Below, piece by piece: positions 63,446-64,000 of a stretch of DNA of 64,000 bases; positions within the stretch are counted from its first letter, which is position 1, and the number at the start of each line of letters is the position of its first letter. The stretch comes from Malacoraja senta. Taxonomy: Eukaryota. The stretch covers positions 11,782,001 through 11,846,000 of the forward strand of contig CM075990.1 in the NCBI GenBank assembly GCA_038087875.1, written 5' to 3'. The translations under genes and the position numbers were made by a program. The notes under the pieces were generated by a model. It was not told where the DNA came from and searched no databases. It worked only from the letters and a program-made list of their open reading frames with translations.

Positions 63446-64000
63446 CTAGATAGAGTTGATTCTCTCCCCCTGGTGTCTAGTTTACATCTATCACATTTAG
63501 GATATCACACTCACAAATGTCAATGGTGTTAAAACTGAGAAAGCAGTCACCAGCTTCAGCAAAGGGACTAAACACCTTGACTGCGTTCCAGTCCCCTGTC
63601 TCCACAGCTCCAAGGGTGTTTTGTAAATATTTCCACCAACCGTTGTGAATGTTAAAAGGACGGCAAGGTAAGGCACTCTGTATGACTGTTCGTTCATCTG
63701 CTTTGGCATCCGGCAACGCTGGGATTATTCTGCCGTCACAATTCGAAGATGCCAAATAGAGTGTGAAATGGGAATTAAGGGAATAGCCTGGCCATCTGAT
63801 TAATTTACTGGATGACCAGGACAAATTAGCCAGCCTCAGCAGAAGCATTAGTGCGCTGATAAATGTGCCACACGTCACTGCAACCTCAGCATCTACATGG
63901 GATATCTCTGCCGTGTTAACGCGACTAGCTAACAATGTACCTGGGATGGTACACAAAAATGCTGGAGAAACTCAGCGGTGCAGCAGCATCTATGGAGCGA

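Noticed and set aside
60174..64000. UNC5B exon 5 (expected VEWLKNE..)
   Set aside because: No matching frame found; presumably lies beyond the window.

Overview
Vertebrate genomic DNA, most likely a cartilaginous fish (skate/ray), inferred from HE1-like V-SINEs and HER1/CR1-like LINE tails. The only host gene found is on the + strand: three coding exons of a netrin receptor, best matching UNC5B (43228-43449, 52727-52870, 60070-60173; Ig1 and start of Ig2). Exon 1 and exon 5 onward were not found, so 1-43227 is probably intron 1. The rest is repeat-dense intron: a full-length Passport-like Tc1 element with an open but catalytically mutated transposase, ten PIF/Harbinger-type MITEs, two hAT MITEs, an unclassified palindromic MITE, many CR1 and Rex1/Babar 3' fragments, V-SINEs, microsatellites and a 200-N gap. 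The most notable signals are two kinds of ribozyme-like retro-insertions. One is a set of many short fold-back Penelope-like insertions with minimal hammerhead cores and 11-15 bp target duplications. The other is a ~130 bp Vingi-like element whose 5' end has HDV-ribozyme architecture. All family assignments come from recognition by eye, not database searches.
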